Under the pieces are notes generated by a model. It was not told where the DNA came from and did no database searches. It was given only the letters and a program-made list of their open reading frames with translations. A DNA stretch of 64,000 nt from Mytilus edulis (Eukaryota), in NCBI RefSeq assembly GCF_963676685.1, contig NC_092350.1, forward strand, positions 61,690,001-61,754,000, given 5' to 3'. Both the position numbers and the translations under genes were made by a program. Below are positions 13,548 through 25,464 of this stretch, piece by piece. Within the stretch, counting starts at the first letter, position 1. Every line of letters begins with the position of its first letter.

Positions 13548-13890
13548 CGAAAATGGAGAATGGAAACCGGGAATGTGTCAAAGAGAAAACAAGACCACTA
13601 TAATGGGTCTAACATAGCAAGTAAATCCGGTACACAGAGGTGGGCTTCACCTGACCCCTTAATTATTGTGTACACTAGTTTAGCGAAATGGACACCACCC
13701 TTGAAACTTCAATACAATCAAAATTATAAAAAAAACACGACAAACAAAGGCTAGAGGTTCCTGACTTGGGATAGGTGGAATAATTATGTGGCTGGGGTAA
13801 AAAATGTTGTGTTAGAACTCAATCCTCCCTTAGTTTCTCTAGACAATGTAGAATAAATAAACACACAGTAAAACTCAGTTTTAAAGAAGT
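13548..13890 (-). repeat. Interspersed repeat (…tctttgacacattccccatttccattctcaattttat family) containing a twister-like motif at 13751-13842
   Basis: Terminal motif shared with 17587-17636 (+) and 62688-62885 (-). Minus strand reads CTAGAG...GGGAGGA...TTA CCCCA GC...CCTA TCCCAAGT CAGG AAC CTCTAG. Confidence 0.7.
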
Positions 13891-14715
13891 GCATTTTGTG
13901 GAAGTTTGAAATTTTTATCTTATGTTTTTGTTATGTATTTATAGTAATTATCCGTGATGTTTAAGGCAATTTCTAGGGAAGCTTTGTCAATATAATTATA
14001 AGTTTACCTCAGGAGCCTAAATTTAGATAGCGTTTTGGATGTTCAAAATGAGATAAGCACTGTTGAATGAATTGATGCGATCACTTCCTGGAGAAAGTGT
14101 TAATTGTTACAGCGCCTTATTGTGTATCCTGTAAACCTGTATGTGGTGGTCTGAAACATTAATCAAATAATGACAAAGAACTAAAATGGGTTGTCTGATA
14201 TATGAAATTATTATGGTCAAAGATATATATATATATATATAAATATAAATAAAAGCATTATCAAGTTCCTTCTTTAAGGTATCTCATTGAATTAATTTAA
14301 TAAAAGGTAATCAGCTTTAGCCTAAGAACTGTAAAAAAAGTGGGCGACTTATGGTCAGAGATAGCGATAAGATAGTCATATCTAATCTGAAATTATGTCA
14401 GTTGGTTTTTGTTAGTCGTTTGGGTTGCTTTCTCATTGACTTTAAAAACTTCAAATCTCTCTTTATTCATAATTATATTTTATTACAGATATTAATATCA
14501 ATGTTAAAGACGCGGTTTTGTGCTTCCAGAATGTACTGACCTGGTTTCAACTCATTTGAAAAAAAAATATTTAAAGAAATACACCTCATGCCTAAAGAAT
14601 ATTAATGTTTAGCTTTTAAGGTCCAGTAAACTCGTTCAGTGATCTCTTGGTAGTATGTTTGATCACTTGCCAGTGAAACCATGATTTATTGTAAAATCTC
14701 CCCACTTTGAAAACA

Positions 14716-15120
14716 TTAGAAGATGTTGTATGATTCCCAATGAGAAAACTTCCCACAAGAGATAACAATGATGTGGGTGTGGATATTAAAAACTATAATA
14801 CCTCATCATTTAAATTATAAAACTGTTAGGACAATAAATGGAAAAACAATTATGACCGACAGCAATCAATAACCACCAAGTAATAAAGGGCCACTTACTT
14901 GTGATAATAATATTCACAGTGTGTAGGGTTATTCATGTTTGCGAGCACTCAGCCCTCCCATAATCAGGAACAGTTTTGAAATAGCAAACAACATAAGAAC
15001 AATTGTAAAACTCAGTTGGAAAATGCTCGACTCATAAAGATCAGCACTGAGTATATAACCAATTAACAAAATGACACTGAGTTATAAAAGCTAGTTCAAA
15101 GCTTATTACAGTTGATGAAT
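14716..15120 (-). repeat. Decayed copy of the tail element seen at 6830-7372, with twister remnant at 14888-14966
   Basis: agaagatgttgtatgattcccaatgag terminus; agccctcccataa...aacataagaac; agctagttcaaagc matches the reverse complement of 6836-6850. Confidence 0.55.
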
Positions 15121-17854
15121 AAATACTGTTGGCACCGAATAAAATATAAATCAGTACAAATCCGATTAGCAACCAGTGAAAAGTGGATTCAGTGTTACAA
15201 CCAAAGCTGTTGCGTGAGAACTGAGATTGTCGCTAATTACATGAGTACGGCTATTTGTTTCGAGGAGCCTGAAAAAAATATTTAACATACAAACACTTAT
15301 CGCTCTTATTTTTTTATGAAAAAAATTGTTGGATTCTAAATCTTAACATGTTTGTTCAAGAAGGAAAATGAAAAAAAAATGTTTTATTATAAAGGACAAA
15401 ACATGTGTTTCGAGAACCCCTCCCCCATCTTAAAATGAACTGTCCGGCAGCCTTTAACATAGGGGCAGAATTCTTTCAAATACGGAATAGGATTGTGACT
15501 AAGTTGGCTAATCTAACCCAGTACAGATTTCCATATAAAGGTTTCATACCAGCACTGTGATTGAGAATTAGATTCTTGGATTGTAAAATAGCAGAACACA
15601 ATCTTGGTCTATATCTTTATTCAAATATACAAATTTATAGACAGGAAAGTGGTTCATTTGTAATAATATTCTTTTGAATTGTACTGTATTACTACAACTG
15701 TTATAAAAAATACAGAACATTTTTTGTATAAATTTATTTTTTTTTAACTTTGGGAAGGAACTCATATAACCTTACTTTCACTACAAAATATTTACATGAA
15801 TTACACCACTGTCCGCAAAGTATATTTGTGTTTGTTGTTCATAGATAGTAACAGATTTGTTTTTCAGAGAAAAACTTTGTGTTGCAATTAGTTGCAGGTT
15901 GTTCACTAAATTGACTAGACTGTTTGTCTCTAACAGTATTCTTCTCGGATGGAAACAAGTTTTAATAAAGTTTTTGGAGATATGTCTTTGTGTTACGTCG
16001 AAGATCAAGGACAGAACACTTATCGTGTTGAATATTCCAAATCAATGATACCTGATGCGACTTAAATCTATACGAACAAATTATTAAACAGAAAATAAAA
16101 ACCTGCAGTTGCAGAATGATTGCTAATAACACAACTATCCTCAATGAACAAGGATGTGTCAGATAAGCCTTGATACGGTTGTCAACAAAGGGCAAAACCC
16201 ATACCTTAAAGTAGGTTATGAAAAGCCCGGATAACAAAATGGTAAACAATACAAAAGACAAAAGTAACAATTGATTTAAACCTTTAACACTTAAGTAAAC
16301 AAGAACGACAGATGGAAATCAACGAAATAAAGTCTCCATGCTTGGAACAGCACATAAAGAACGTTGCATTTGTTGTTTGGTTTAGAACACATAGCCCTCC
16401 AACATGTCTAGTTTTGATCACTATGCTATGCTTTTCTAACATTTGAACAATGCAATTCATATCATATGTACTGTAACCATAGAAACATAGCGATCTTAAT
16501 AAAAGTAGTGTAAGTTTTAATGCTAAAGTGTATATGCTTAAATATTGTTCAATATAAGATACTTGCATCACTTTAGTTATGCTTCTGTTTTTTTTTCTCC
16601 TAAACAAGGTCTCTCTACCTACTTGCATGCACAATATAATAATCACAACGTGTTCAGAATATTCATAAAAAATGTCTTCTTATAATTATGAGTACTCTGG
16701 TGTGTTATTCATTCTTTATGTCTTGATCTTTTGTTTAGCGACTATATTCTTCTACTTTGTCTTGGTTCACGACAAACATCGTGTTTAAGAAAGAATACAT
16801 AGTTTTTATCAGCCACGTGGTTGTTTTTTTATGTAAATTCTTAGCCGTTACTAAGGAAACATAATAAGCAACACAGTTGGATCGAGGTTAAGAGTCGTGT
16901 TAATAAACTGCAGTTTAACATCGACAAACATTTCCCAAAAATCAGACTGATTGATTGATTCGTGATAACCATACGTTGTATCAGCACTAAAAGGCTATAT
17001 CGCAGCGTGAATCAAATCAAGATAAGGATTCGATTGTAATACTAGTGACCTACATAGATTAGACTTGTACATTACGATCAAGTTACAGTAAATTGGACAG
17101 AATGCATATTTTTATAAGATTGTGTATAATTTTATATAACTTTGACATGTTTAACATAAATTTAAAATAGAAAAAAAAATACTGCATTCATTTCTTTCGA
17201 ATATAAAAGAATGACTTATTTGGAAAAAATATGTGTACATGTATTTTCGTATAGAATTCACGTAAAAACCACTCTGAAAATTGTCTCAAAATGATAGAAT
17301 CTCCATCATCACACCGTTTTTTTTAATATATTTTTGATATGGTGTTTCTACATTTCCGTATTCTGTATGATTAATGTAAATTAATCACCACAAGATCGCC
17401 TACTTCTTTTTTATTTATGTAATAACTAGTCTGTTACCGTAATGGTAGAGAAAAAAGAGTTTCAAAGAAATTTTGACAATGTTTACGATACATTTAATGT
17501 ACCATTTATACAAATGTTTCACTTTTTCAGGATATCATTAAGTCGTATTTTAGCAAGTATAACATTTAAATGAATTATTTACTATTCGGGTTGTTGTCTC
17601 TTTGACACATTCCCCATTTCCATTCTCAATTTTATATTTGTCGATGTCAAGTTAGAGCCTAACGTGTACAAACTAACATTTTACCTTAAATCTGTGATGT
17701 AGCTATTTTCTGATACGGATAAAATATAGATAAATAATGCAACAACGGAAGTAATTACACTTAACTAGAGGAACCACAGTTGAAAAGTAACTACTGTAAA
17801 GTATTACATCTTTTTTACTAATATTCCAGAGCTTGTATTTCCTTTTAAAACCAA

Positions 17855-18440
17855 AAGGTTTGCTGCTCACAAGGAAGCTATTGAAAACCAGAGTTCAAAA
17901 TGGTGGAAATAAACCATCTCTTCGAAAATTGTACGGACGCTACACTCACGAGTTGGTTGACCGTAATGTATTATGTTTCACAGATGACGACGGATATGTT
18001 TCAATTATGATACTTCATCTTAAAATGCCAGATTTTGATAGGTTAATACCAGGGAGAAAATTCTTGTTTCATTTTCGTCGTTTTTCTAATAACTGTAACG
18101 TTGTTAAATACATGACGTCATAGTAAATTACTTTCAATTTACAATTTAAAAGACCATGATGACAGAACAATCAGTATAATAATTTTGATAATACAAAGCT
18201 GATAGGATGATAGATCAGATTATTATCCAGAGAAAACAACCGACGGGTACCATATGTGGATCAGGATCCTCTAACCCTTCTGGATCACCTGAGATCTCAT
18301 ACGGTTATTGATGGGGTTCGTGTTGCTCAGTCGATAGTTTTATATGTTGTGTTTTGTGTATTGTTGTTTGTTTTTTGGTCGTGTTTCCTTTTGCCATGGC
18401 ATTCTCAATTTGTTTTTGACTTATGTGTTTGAATATCCAT
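17855..18440 (+). mobile_element. Penelope-like element 3' fragment (RT C-terminus + tail) upstream of the copy A WSC exon
   Basis: GLLLTRKLL...SLRKLYGR..HELVDR peptide and tail gggtaccatatgtggatcaggatcc...ggggttcgtgttgctcagtc. Confidence 0.75.
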
Positions 18441-18557
18441 TTTTGTCAATATCTAAAATTAATACATCCAATTATGTTTCCTTATTTTCTATAACACACA
18501 TAATAAATCAAATGCTTGATCAACATTGACATTCTATGCTTGAGAACAATTGCATAG

Positions 18558-18765
18558 TATAAAAAAAGAAGATATGGTATGATTGCCAATGCCACAGCTC
18601 TCTACAAGAGGCCAAAATGACACAGAAATTAACAACTTTAGGTCACCGTATGGCCTTCAGCAATGAGCAAAGCCCATACCGCATAGTCAGTCATAAAAGG
18701 CCTCGAAATGACAATGTAAAACATTTCAAACGAGAAAACTAACGGCCTTATTTATATAAAAAAAT
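18558..18765 (-). repeat. Abundant short interspersed repeat (same family as 11452-11581)
   Basis: aaaagaagatatggtatgattgccaatg...cgagaaaactaacggccttattt. Confidence 0.8.
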
Positions 18766-18843
18766 GTAATCTACATTGATATTAATTATTTACCGATATG
18801 TTCATGTTAGCCTCAGTCATGAACTCAATTGTCTTTTGAACAG

Positions 18844-19004
18844 GTAGCAATGAATACGTTGGATGTTTCGTTGATACACTACACACAAGACTGTTGCCAC
18901 ATACCTATGTGTTGGATAACGGTATAATTAATCCCCTCGATATGGAAAACAACTTGTGTTTTCTTCATTGTAAAGAACAGGATTACAAGTACTGTGGAAC
19001 ACAG
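18844..19004 (+). CDS. WSC-domain N-half exon (copy A); downstream exons not found
   Basis: cag acceptor, gtaata donor, phase 1 to 0, open frame SNEYVGCFVDTLHTRLLPHTYVLDNGIINPLDMENNLCFLHCKEQDYKYCGTQ. WSC signature YVGCF.D...C...C....Y.Y.G. Homologous to 24893-25044 and 44190-44326. Confidence 0.8.
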
Positions 19005-21209
19005 GTAATATTGTCATTGTACAAACATACACTAGATATGTTAAATTTTCAATTACTACCGTAACCACAAGTTGATTAAAATATGTAATTCAGCCACGTG
19101 GAAAATAATAAGATTAGGATAATTTTGAAAACAATTCAATTAAAGCAAAATTTCATTTTAAAAATTTAAATCAGCTGAATCAGTGACAAAAAAAAATCTG
19201 GATTTGTCCTTCCTTCTGCGGTTATGGCAAACAGCTTGTCAATTTCAACATAGTTCGTTGACATATAATATATCATAATAAAAGATATAACAATAACACA
19301 CAAATAATGTGTTAAAAAGTTTGAGTTACATGTACAAATAGATTGAAATATTTAAAACATATGTCAATAGAAATAGATGTTGTTACCCCTCCCCCAAACC
19401 GTATTTAGTTATTGCGCCCATACAAGTCTTTGGCTCAGTTTTGTATTAAATGTATGCCTGGAGCAGGCTATGTACATAATGTAGTTTTATATATAAATAG
19501 ATTTAACATTTCTGAAAAACATAATGTAGTCCGATAACTTAAGCACACAGGAGATTGAAAATATTCATTTGAACAAAGAGGTGTATTACTTGAAGTTTAT
19601 TTTACACCTGATACGGTTAAATGAATTCAACAATTCCCCGTACTTCATCGGAGAGTTAATTAATTTGCATGTTTGCAGACTTTATGTTGTCAAATGACAC
19701 TTGGCCTAACAAGAACATGACTAAAAAACACAAACATAACAGGAGATATCAAGAATTGTCGATAAAAAGACGATAAAAAATAACAATGAAAGTATTTGTT
19801 TAGTCTTTTTAAAGGTTTGGTTAGCTTTTGAGGAGAATTGCGACATGTTCGTGCTTTGTTTAGAATATTACCATGATCATAGATTGGAAGAGAATACTAT
19901 TGATAGTCGTAACGTATCAATTGAGACATAAAAGTGCAACAGATTCATGCAATATGTACCGATCGTATGCTCCTGTTCAAGAAATAAACTAACATCTAAT
20001 GTTTGAATATGAACTCCTCAAATATACAAGGATTACAAATTTTGTTCACCAGTCTACAGAAGACTCGTCAGGAAGGCTCAAATAAAAAAAGGTCACAATA
20101 AATTTACCGCGATGATAATATTGAGCTGCTAATCTTGATTTGACGAATACATGAATTTGAACTATAAGTGAGTGCAATTTTATTGCCATGATTTATTAGC
20201 ATCAGATCAGTGAACGAGAGGAAAACAATAGTATTTTGGAAGAATCATCATCCAACATCAAAATGTTAATTTCTATCGAAAAACTAGCCATTCAAATAAA
20301 AAAAAAATTTTCTGGTCACAGCCATAAATCTTTTCTGACAAACTAGATTATTTTCGATCTATAAGTTTGACTGTCTCTCTGATATCTTTCGCCCCTCTTT
20401 TCTAACGTTGACTCGGATATTGTTTCCCAACTAAATTGTACTGTATCTTTTGTTGTGTGTTTGTGTATTCAACATTAGTAGAAGTATAAGGGAATGCTTC
20501 AAAAGTCATAAACACTGTTTAAGCCTGCAGCTATTTTGAATCTCGACCTTAGTACTGTTTGTATGTTTTTTAACGTTTGGTTAATTTGTATATTTTTGGG
20601 GTTTAATGCGAAGTCCATCTTTGCTGAAGCAGTCATTTTTGTAAAGGACCACCCTGAAGCCCGCCACTGTATTTCGTACATTTTTTTAATTGTTTTTCTA
20701 GACATACAAGGAAGATATTTTCAACTCTAATGTCTCGACAACATTATCCTTCAGGGATATTTTAAAACTGATACAGTTATTGATCAATAGATTTTAATGT
20801 TTTTCGATATCTCGTAGATACCACGTTAATAAGTTTACATGTTTCACTATATATATTTCTACATAAATATACATGACACAAAGAAAGAACATATGGTTTT
20901 TATTGAATAAAGAATAAGCAATATAATGAACGGTAAACATTTTTTTCTAAAATATGAAAGTGTAGTTATGTGTCAAGAATTGACACATACAATAACTGAT
21001 ATAGATAAACAAACACCTAAATGTTATAGAGTGCCTGTCAAAAGAAAAACACTAGTATGTAATTTTAGTAAATCTTGCTTAATTTCTATTATCAAAATAG
21101 GCACTAAATTATTTATTTATTTAAAACCTTGTGTTCATTTTTATTTATAGCATGTTAATTTGGTTTAATAAATATTTGATTTCATGTATTAAATCTTTGA
21201 ACTGTTTAA

Positions 21210-21425
21210 AGGGCCTCGGTGATCTGAATAGTCGTAGTACAGTCTGAATTAGTGATTTGAAAAATCTATATGTGGCAGGTGTTTTTGATTCATATCTGAA
21301 TCGTCTAGTTTTATCAGTTTGTTTACAGAAAGTTGGTTGTTCACTCCATGTACACTAGTTTCTTTCACCAACAATGTGTTATGACAATGATTAACAAAAT
21401 TAAAATAATGTTGGAAAAATGTTGC
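21210..21425 (+). mobile_element. Highly decayed SINE-like element
   Basis: gggcctcggtg head and ...tttatcagtt...ttggttgttcactcc...gtttctttcaccaacaa...ataatgttggaaa body resemble bivalve tRNA-derived SINEs (from recall). Confidence 0.4.
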
Positions 21426-22603
21426 AATGAAAAACAATTCACATCGAGAGATAAAAAGTATATAATATTCGTTCTCGTGACTAGGTGGGTTAAAATGCTT
21501 GTTTACTTAAAAGAAAAAAGATACATGTAGGTTTAATCAAAATAGATAACCGTCCTTGTCTTTTCTTTGCAGAAACAAATAAATGTAATATAAAAAAAGA
21601 GCCGAAAGATTCGTAATGGACATCTAAAATTATTGATAAAAACTAATTTGACAACGCATTGACAAAATAAAAAAAAAATCATTAGACAAAATGTAAATAA
21701 AAGTACACACAAGAAATTTTAATAATTAGCAACACGAACCAAACAAAAAAAGGGATACAATTAACTGCAATACGTGAAAACGAAACAAAGTTGTTACTGT
21801 AGAATAGTATACATAGGTTATATAAGCGTGTCTTAGAGTCACAAACCAATACTACGTATACTCTATATTCCTTAGATTTTATAACCTTGTAATTGTATAA
21901 ACGAAACGAATGATATCGATTATTATTCAATATAAAATACAACAGAAATAGATCTGATTAGATGTATACTTGCAAAAATAATAATGCGTTCTCAACGTGT
22001 GAATTACCTAATTGCAATATATACTGCTCCTTCTTTAGAATCTCGTTTAGAGCCGTATAATATTCAACAAACACTTGCCAGAGCTAAGTTGGTACGAAAA
22101 GCATTATAACCGCTGGAAAACGGTTAAAATGAACTGTAATTTTCATTTGTGGAATATAATATATAATTGAATTGTAAAACATGGCTGCATAATATTTTTT
22201 TTATACTTTTGTAAATAACAATAATAACAAATGAATGATATTTTGTTGTTAACATTAGGTAAAGGGATCGACATTTGACACAAACAAAATTTAAGAAAAT
22301 GTCACCTTAAAGCATATTGTTTTATTAAGCTAAATTCTGTTAAAAACTATACTGCATATTCGTAAGGCGTATATGCGGTTATTTCATTTTGCGTCAGGCT
22401 TAACGAAGAATTGTTATCTACAGTTATGAGAACATAACAAAAATATGCCTTATTGAAAAAAACATCCACACATTTAAATTGTTCGAAAAATTATATCGAT
22501 AATGAACATGTGCAAACTGTCACTAAAAATATTTTGAGGGATTAGCTGACAATAATTAAGCCAATATATATATATATATATGCAGGTGTTCATCAATCGT
22601 AAC

Positions 22604-22857
22604 TTATTTCATCATATAAACTTGGAATCCTTGTGCGTGCTGAACTCCTTCACACATAACGGTGTAATTGTAATACAAACTGCACTGTCCTATTTCTGTG
22701 GACATCACGAACACTTTATAGTCGTCAGATATTTCGCAATACTGTGCACATTCAATTTTACTTCTTGCTGTCATGACTTGGTTGGGCGGTGCTGTGAGCA
22801 TCGTGTTATTTGAGACTAACTGATACTGAACTTGTCCCTTTTTAAAGGGTATATACC
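22604..22857 (-). CDS. WSC-PAN gene copy B, terminal exon: PAN/Apple-like domain
   Basis: ttttacag acceptor, phase 1: (G)YIPFKKGQVQYQLVSNNTMLTAPPNQVMTARSKIECAQYCEISDDYKVFVMSTEIGQCSLYYNYTVMCEGVQHAQGFQVYMMK*. S..EC...C.....C..F......C.L PAN pattern, third Cys replaced by Tyr. Minus-strand AATAAA at 22321-22326. Confidence 0.88.
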
Positions 22858-23293
22858 CTGTAAAACACATTTATAAAAACTAGTTTGTTGAATGTAAGAT
22901 ATTTTTTTTTTAAAAATTACAATTCAACGTGTTTGGTGGATGAAACATCAATCATTTTTCTATTGATATAATTCGAAAACTTTTTAATTTTAATTTTTCT
23001 TGGAACATTACACTGAATTGTGTTATGTGAATAAAAAAAAAAAAGGCAAATGTTAATCTTTTCCAACCTTAAATCAATACAAAATAATGCAAATAGAGAT
23101 TTAATTTAATCATTCAGGTGAATATTTGCCGATAAAGAAAATAGTAGTATTATTTTCAGTCTGACCTTGATATTAGAAGTGAATAATATTAAATAATGAT
23201 TTACAACAAGGTTTACGCTATTATTTTCGGTATTGAGCTTACAACCACTTTTTCGAAGCATGTTCATGTAAATTCTTATATCAGTTAACATAC

Positions 23294-23450
23294 CTGTTTT
23301 GTATACTGATAACCTCCAACGTCCTCCACAAATCTGTTTAGGATCGCCGATGCACGTATAATTACAATTATAATCCTTGATGTAATAATCGGTTACATTT
23401 TCAGGGCCGTACCAATAAGGGTCATCACCACAAAAACAATGCGCAGCAGC
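23294..23450 (-). CDS. WSC-PAN gene copy B, WSC C-half exon
   Basis: tttatag acceptor, gtatgt donor, 157 nt, phase 0 to 1: AAAHCFCGDDPYWYGPENVTDYYIKDYNCNYTCIGDPKQICGGRWRLSVYKT. CFCG...C...C.G.....CGG....SVY is the WSC signature. Confidence 0.92.
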
Positions 23451-24892
23451 CTATAAATAATTGAATCTCTACTTAAGTTCAGGTAAATAGTAAGTAAGCT
23501 TAAATCGCACAAGAAAGTTGATGATTGCTACGATTTGCAGGTTATTGAAGTGTTGATTTTTAAAAGTATTACTGCCAAAATAAAGTTCAAGAATTGTATT
23601 GACTGGTTACCTGACCATGCTGATTGCCATTTGTAAAATGAAAAAAACCAAATATGTTATAGGTAAAGTATCAATCAAACAACACATTCACTGCATTGAT
23701 ATTCACAAAATACCCAGCAGTTTTTTTACTAACATTACTGTGTGTTTGGTAATCAGTTTCAAGGTTTAAATTAAATAGCTATTATATTTTCGTATTTTAT
23801 ATAGATTACAATTGACTTACAAAAGTACTTATAATAACTATCTTGGTGTTGTTTGGGGGTGGGTTCGCATCATTTGTTGTGTTATCATTTCGTAATCGTT
23901 TTTTTTTTTGCAGACAAAGTTGGATATCTCAGTATTGACAAATACGTTTACCACGTTTATTTGTAAAGGAGTTGTTAACTTGAAATATCCAAGGTAAAGG
24001 TCTGCATTACATACCAATACATCTCGGATCACCTTTGTCTATCAGCAGTCTTTGCTGAGTGTTTCCAATTTAAGAGAGGTCAAATATATAATGGAATATT
24101 TTTTTGTTTTATTAACAGCATAACTTCTTTAAAAAATCGTGTGTTAGTGAATGATTGTTTTCATATAATTTCATAAACATATAACTTGTGTCGTATAAAT
24201 CTATTTTCAAATTGGTTCAAATGTTATTAGACGAATAATAACCTGCGAACATGCAACATTATTTACTATCTGATGACGTAAACGGATTTTTATTAAATTA
24301 ATTAAACTATAGTATGGGCACCATTAATTTAAAATAATATACCGCTTTATATAGCTTCGCTATTATGTTAAAATTAGCAGACTACTAGTATTTAATGATT
24401 TAAAAATGTTGTATCTGTGGATAAATGAACCGACCATTTTTTACATTTTTGTGTTTTAATTCATAAAATGGTTAAAGATATTTACTATAAACTGATATAA
24501 GCTGTTTTATTAACAAGTACTTTAAGATGCAACTGTGTAGAAATACTTTCAAGGGGAGCTATAATCAAGGAACGTACTACCTATAGTTTTGGCATCAACA
24601 TGTCTAATCAAGTTTTGAATACATTGTGATATTTTCTTGCTATTTCTTTTTTTTCTTCGAAAAGTACAAGTTAGATGTCGCAACCAATGAAGGAAGGACA
24701 AAACAAGAAATATATTATAATTAAGCGAAAGCCTAGACAGTTTTCCCTGGAATTGGTGTACTTTTCTTAAACGTTATTTTTTTTTATTTCCTCACTGTCG
24801 GTGATCATTTTAGGATTCAGTTATCTTTTGAAAATACCGCTTGTAATGTATTGAAAGTGTTAGTTTTTCATTTTACATTATAACAACAATAC

Positions 24893-25044
24893 CTCTGTTC
24901 CAAAGTATATGTAACCTAGTTCTTTACAGTGAAGCAAACACATGTTGTTTTCCATATCCGGGTGGTAAGTTCCATCCAACACATATTCATATGGGAACAA
25001 TCTTGTATTTGTATCAATGAAACATCCAACGTACTCATTGCTAC
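24893..25044 (-). CDS. WSC-PAN gene copy B, WSC N-half exon
   Basis: atacag acceptor, gtattg donor, 152 nt, phase 1 to 0: SNEYVGCFIDTNTRLFPYEYVLDGTYHPDMENNMCLLHCKELGYIYFGTE. Phases join cleanly with the next two exons. Confidence 0.92.
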
Positions 25045-25374
25045 CTGTATAAAACAATACTTGAACACAGTTTACGTGTTAACACGGACTATTGGTAAAC
25101 CATGTATTACCAGTTAAATAACTGTGAAATTGTTACCTACCATGTGTATTAAAAGCAGATCGAACATTTAATTGACTTTTTCCGGGTAATGGAAAGAAGG
25201 AACAAATTGAATTTTTGAGTTATATATATTTTAAATTGGCAAAATAAAAAAAGAATAGGTTAGCAATACAGTTAATTTCCCTACCAGAATTCCTGTACTG
25301 TCGTGAAAATCATTTTCCTGATTTCATTAATAAAAAAGAGTAAAAGAGTATAATTTCCTATATAAGAAACTCAC

Positions 25375-25464
25375 CAATGACAGGTACCTGACACTGAAAA
25401 ATAAACAGTTACAATACAAAAGATAGTTATAGAATATAATTGAAGAATTCAAATAGCGACACAT
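25375..25464 (-). other. Candidate upstream (leader) exon region of copy B; frame unresolved
   Basis: Strong G|GTGAGT donor at 25375/25374. The ATG at 25464 reaches it in phase 0, but the next exon needs phase 1. A 19-nt micro-exon (25375-25393, CQVPVI-G) after tttatttttcag would fit phase 1. Confidence 0.4.

Noticed and set aside
16221-16240. AAGCCCGGATAA resembling a P1 twister segment
   Set aside because: No UCCC loop, P4 partner or downstream GAGGG. Chance match.
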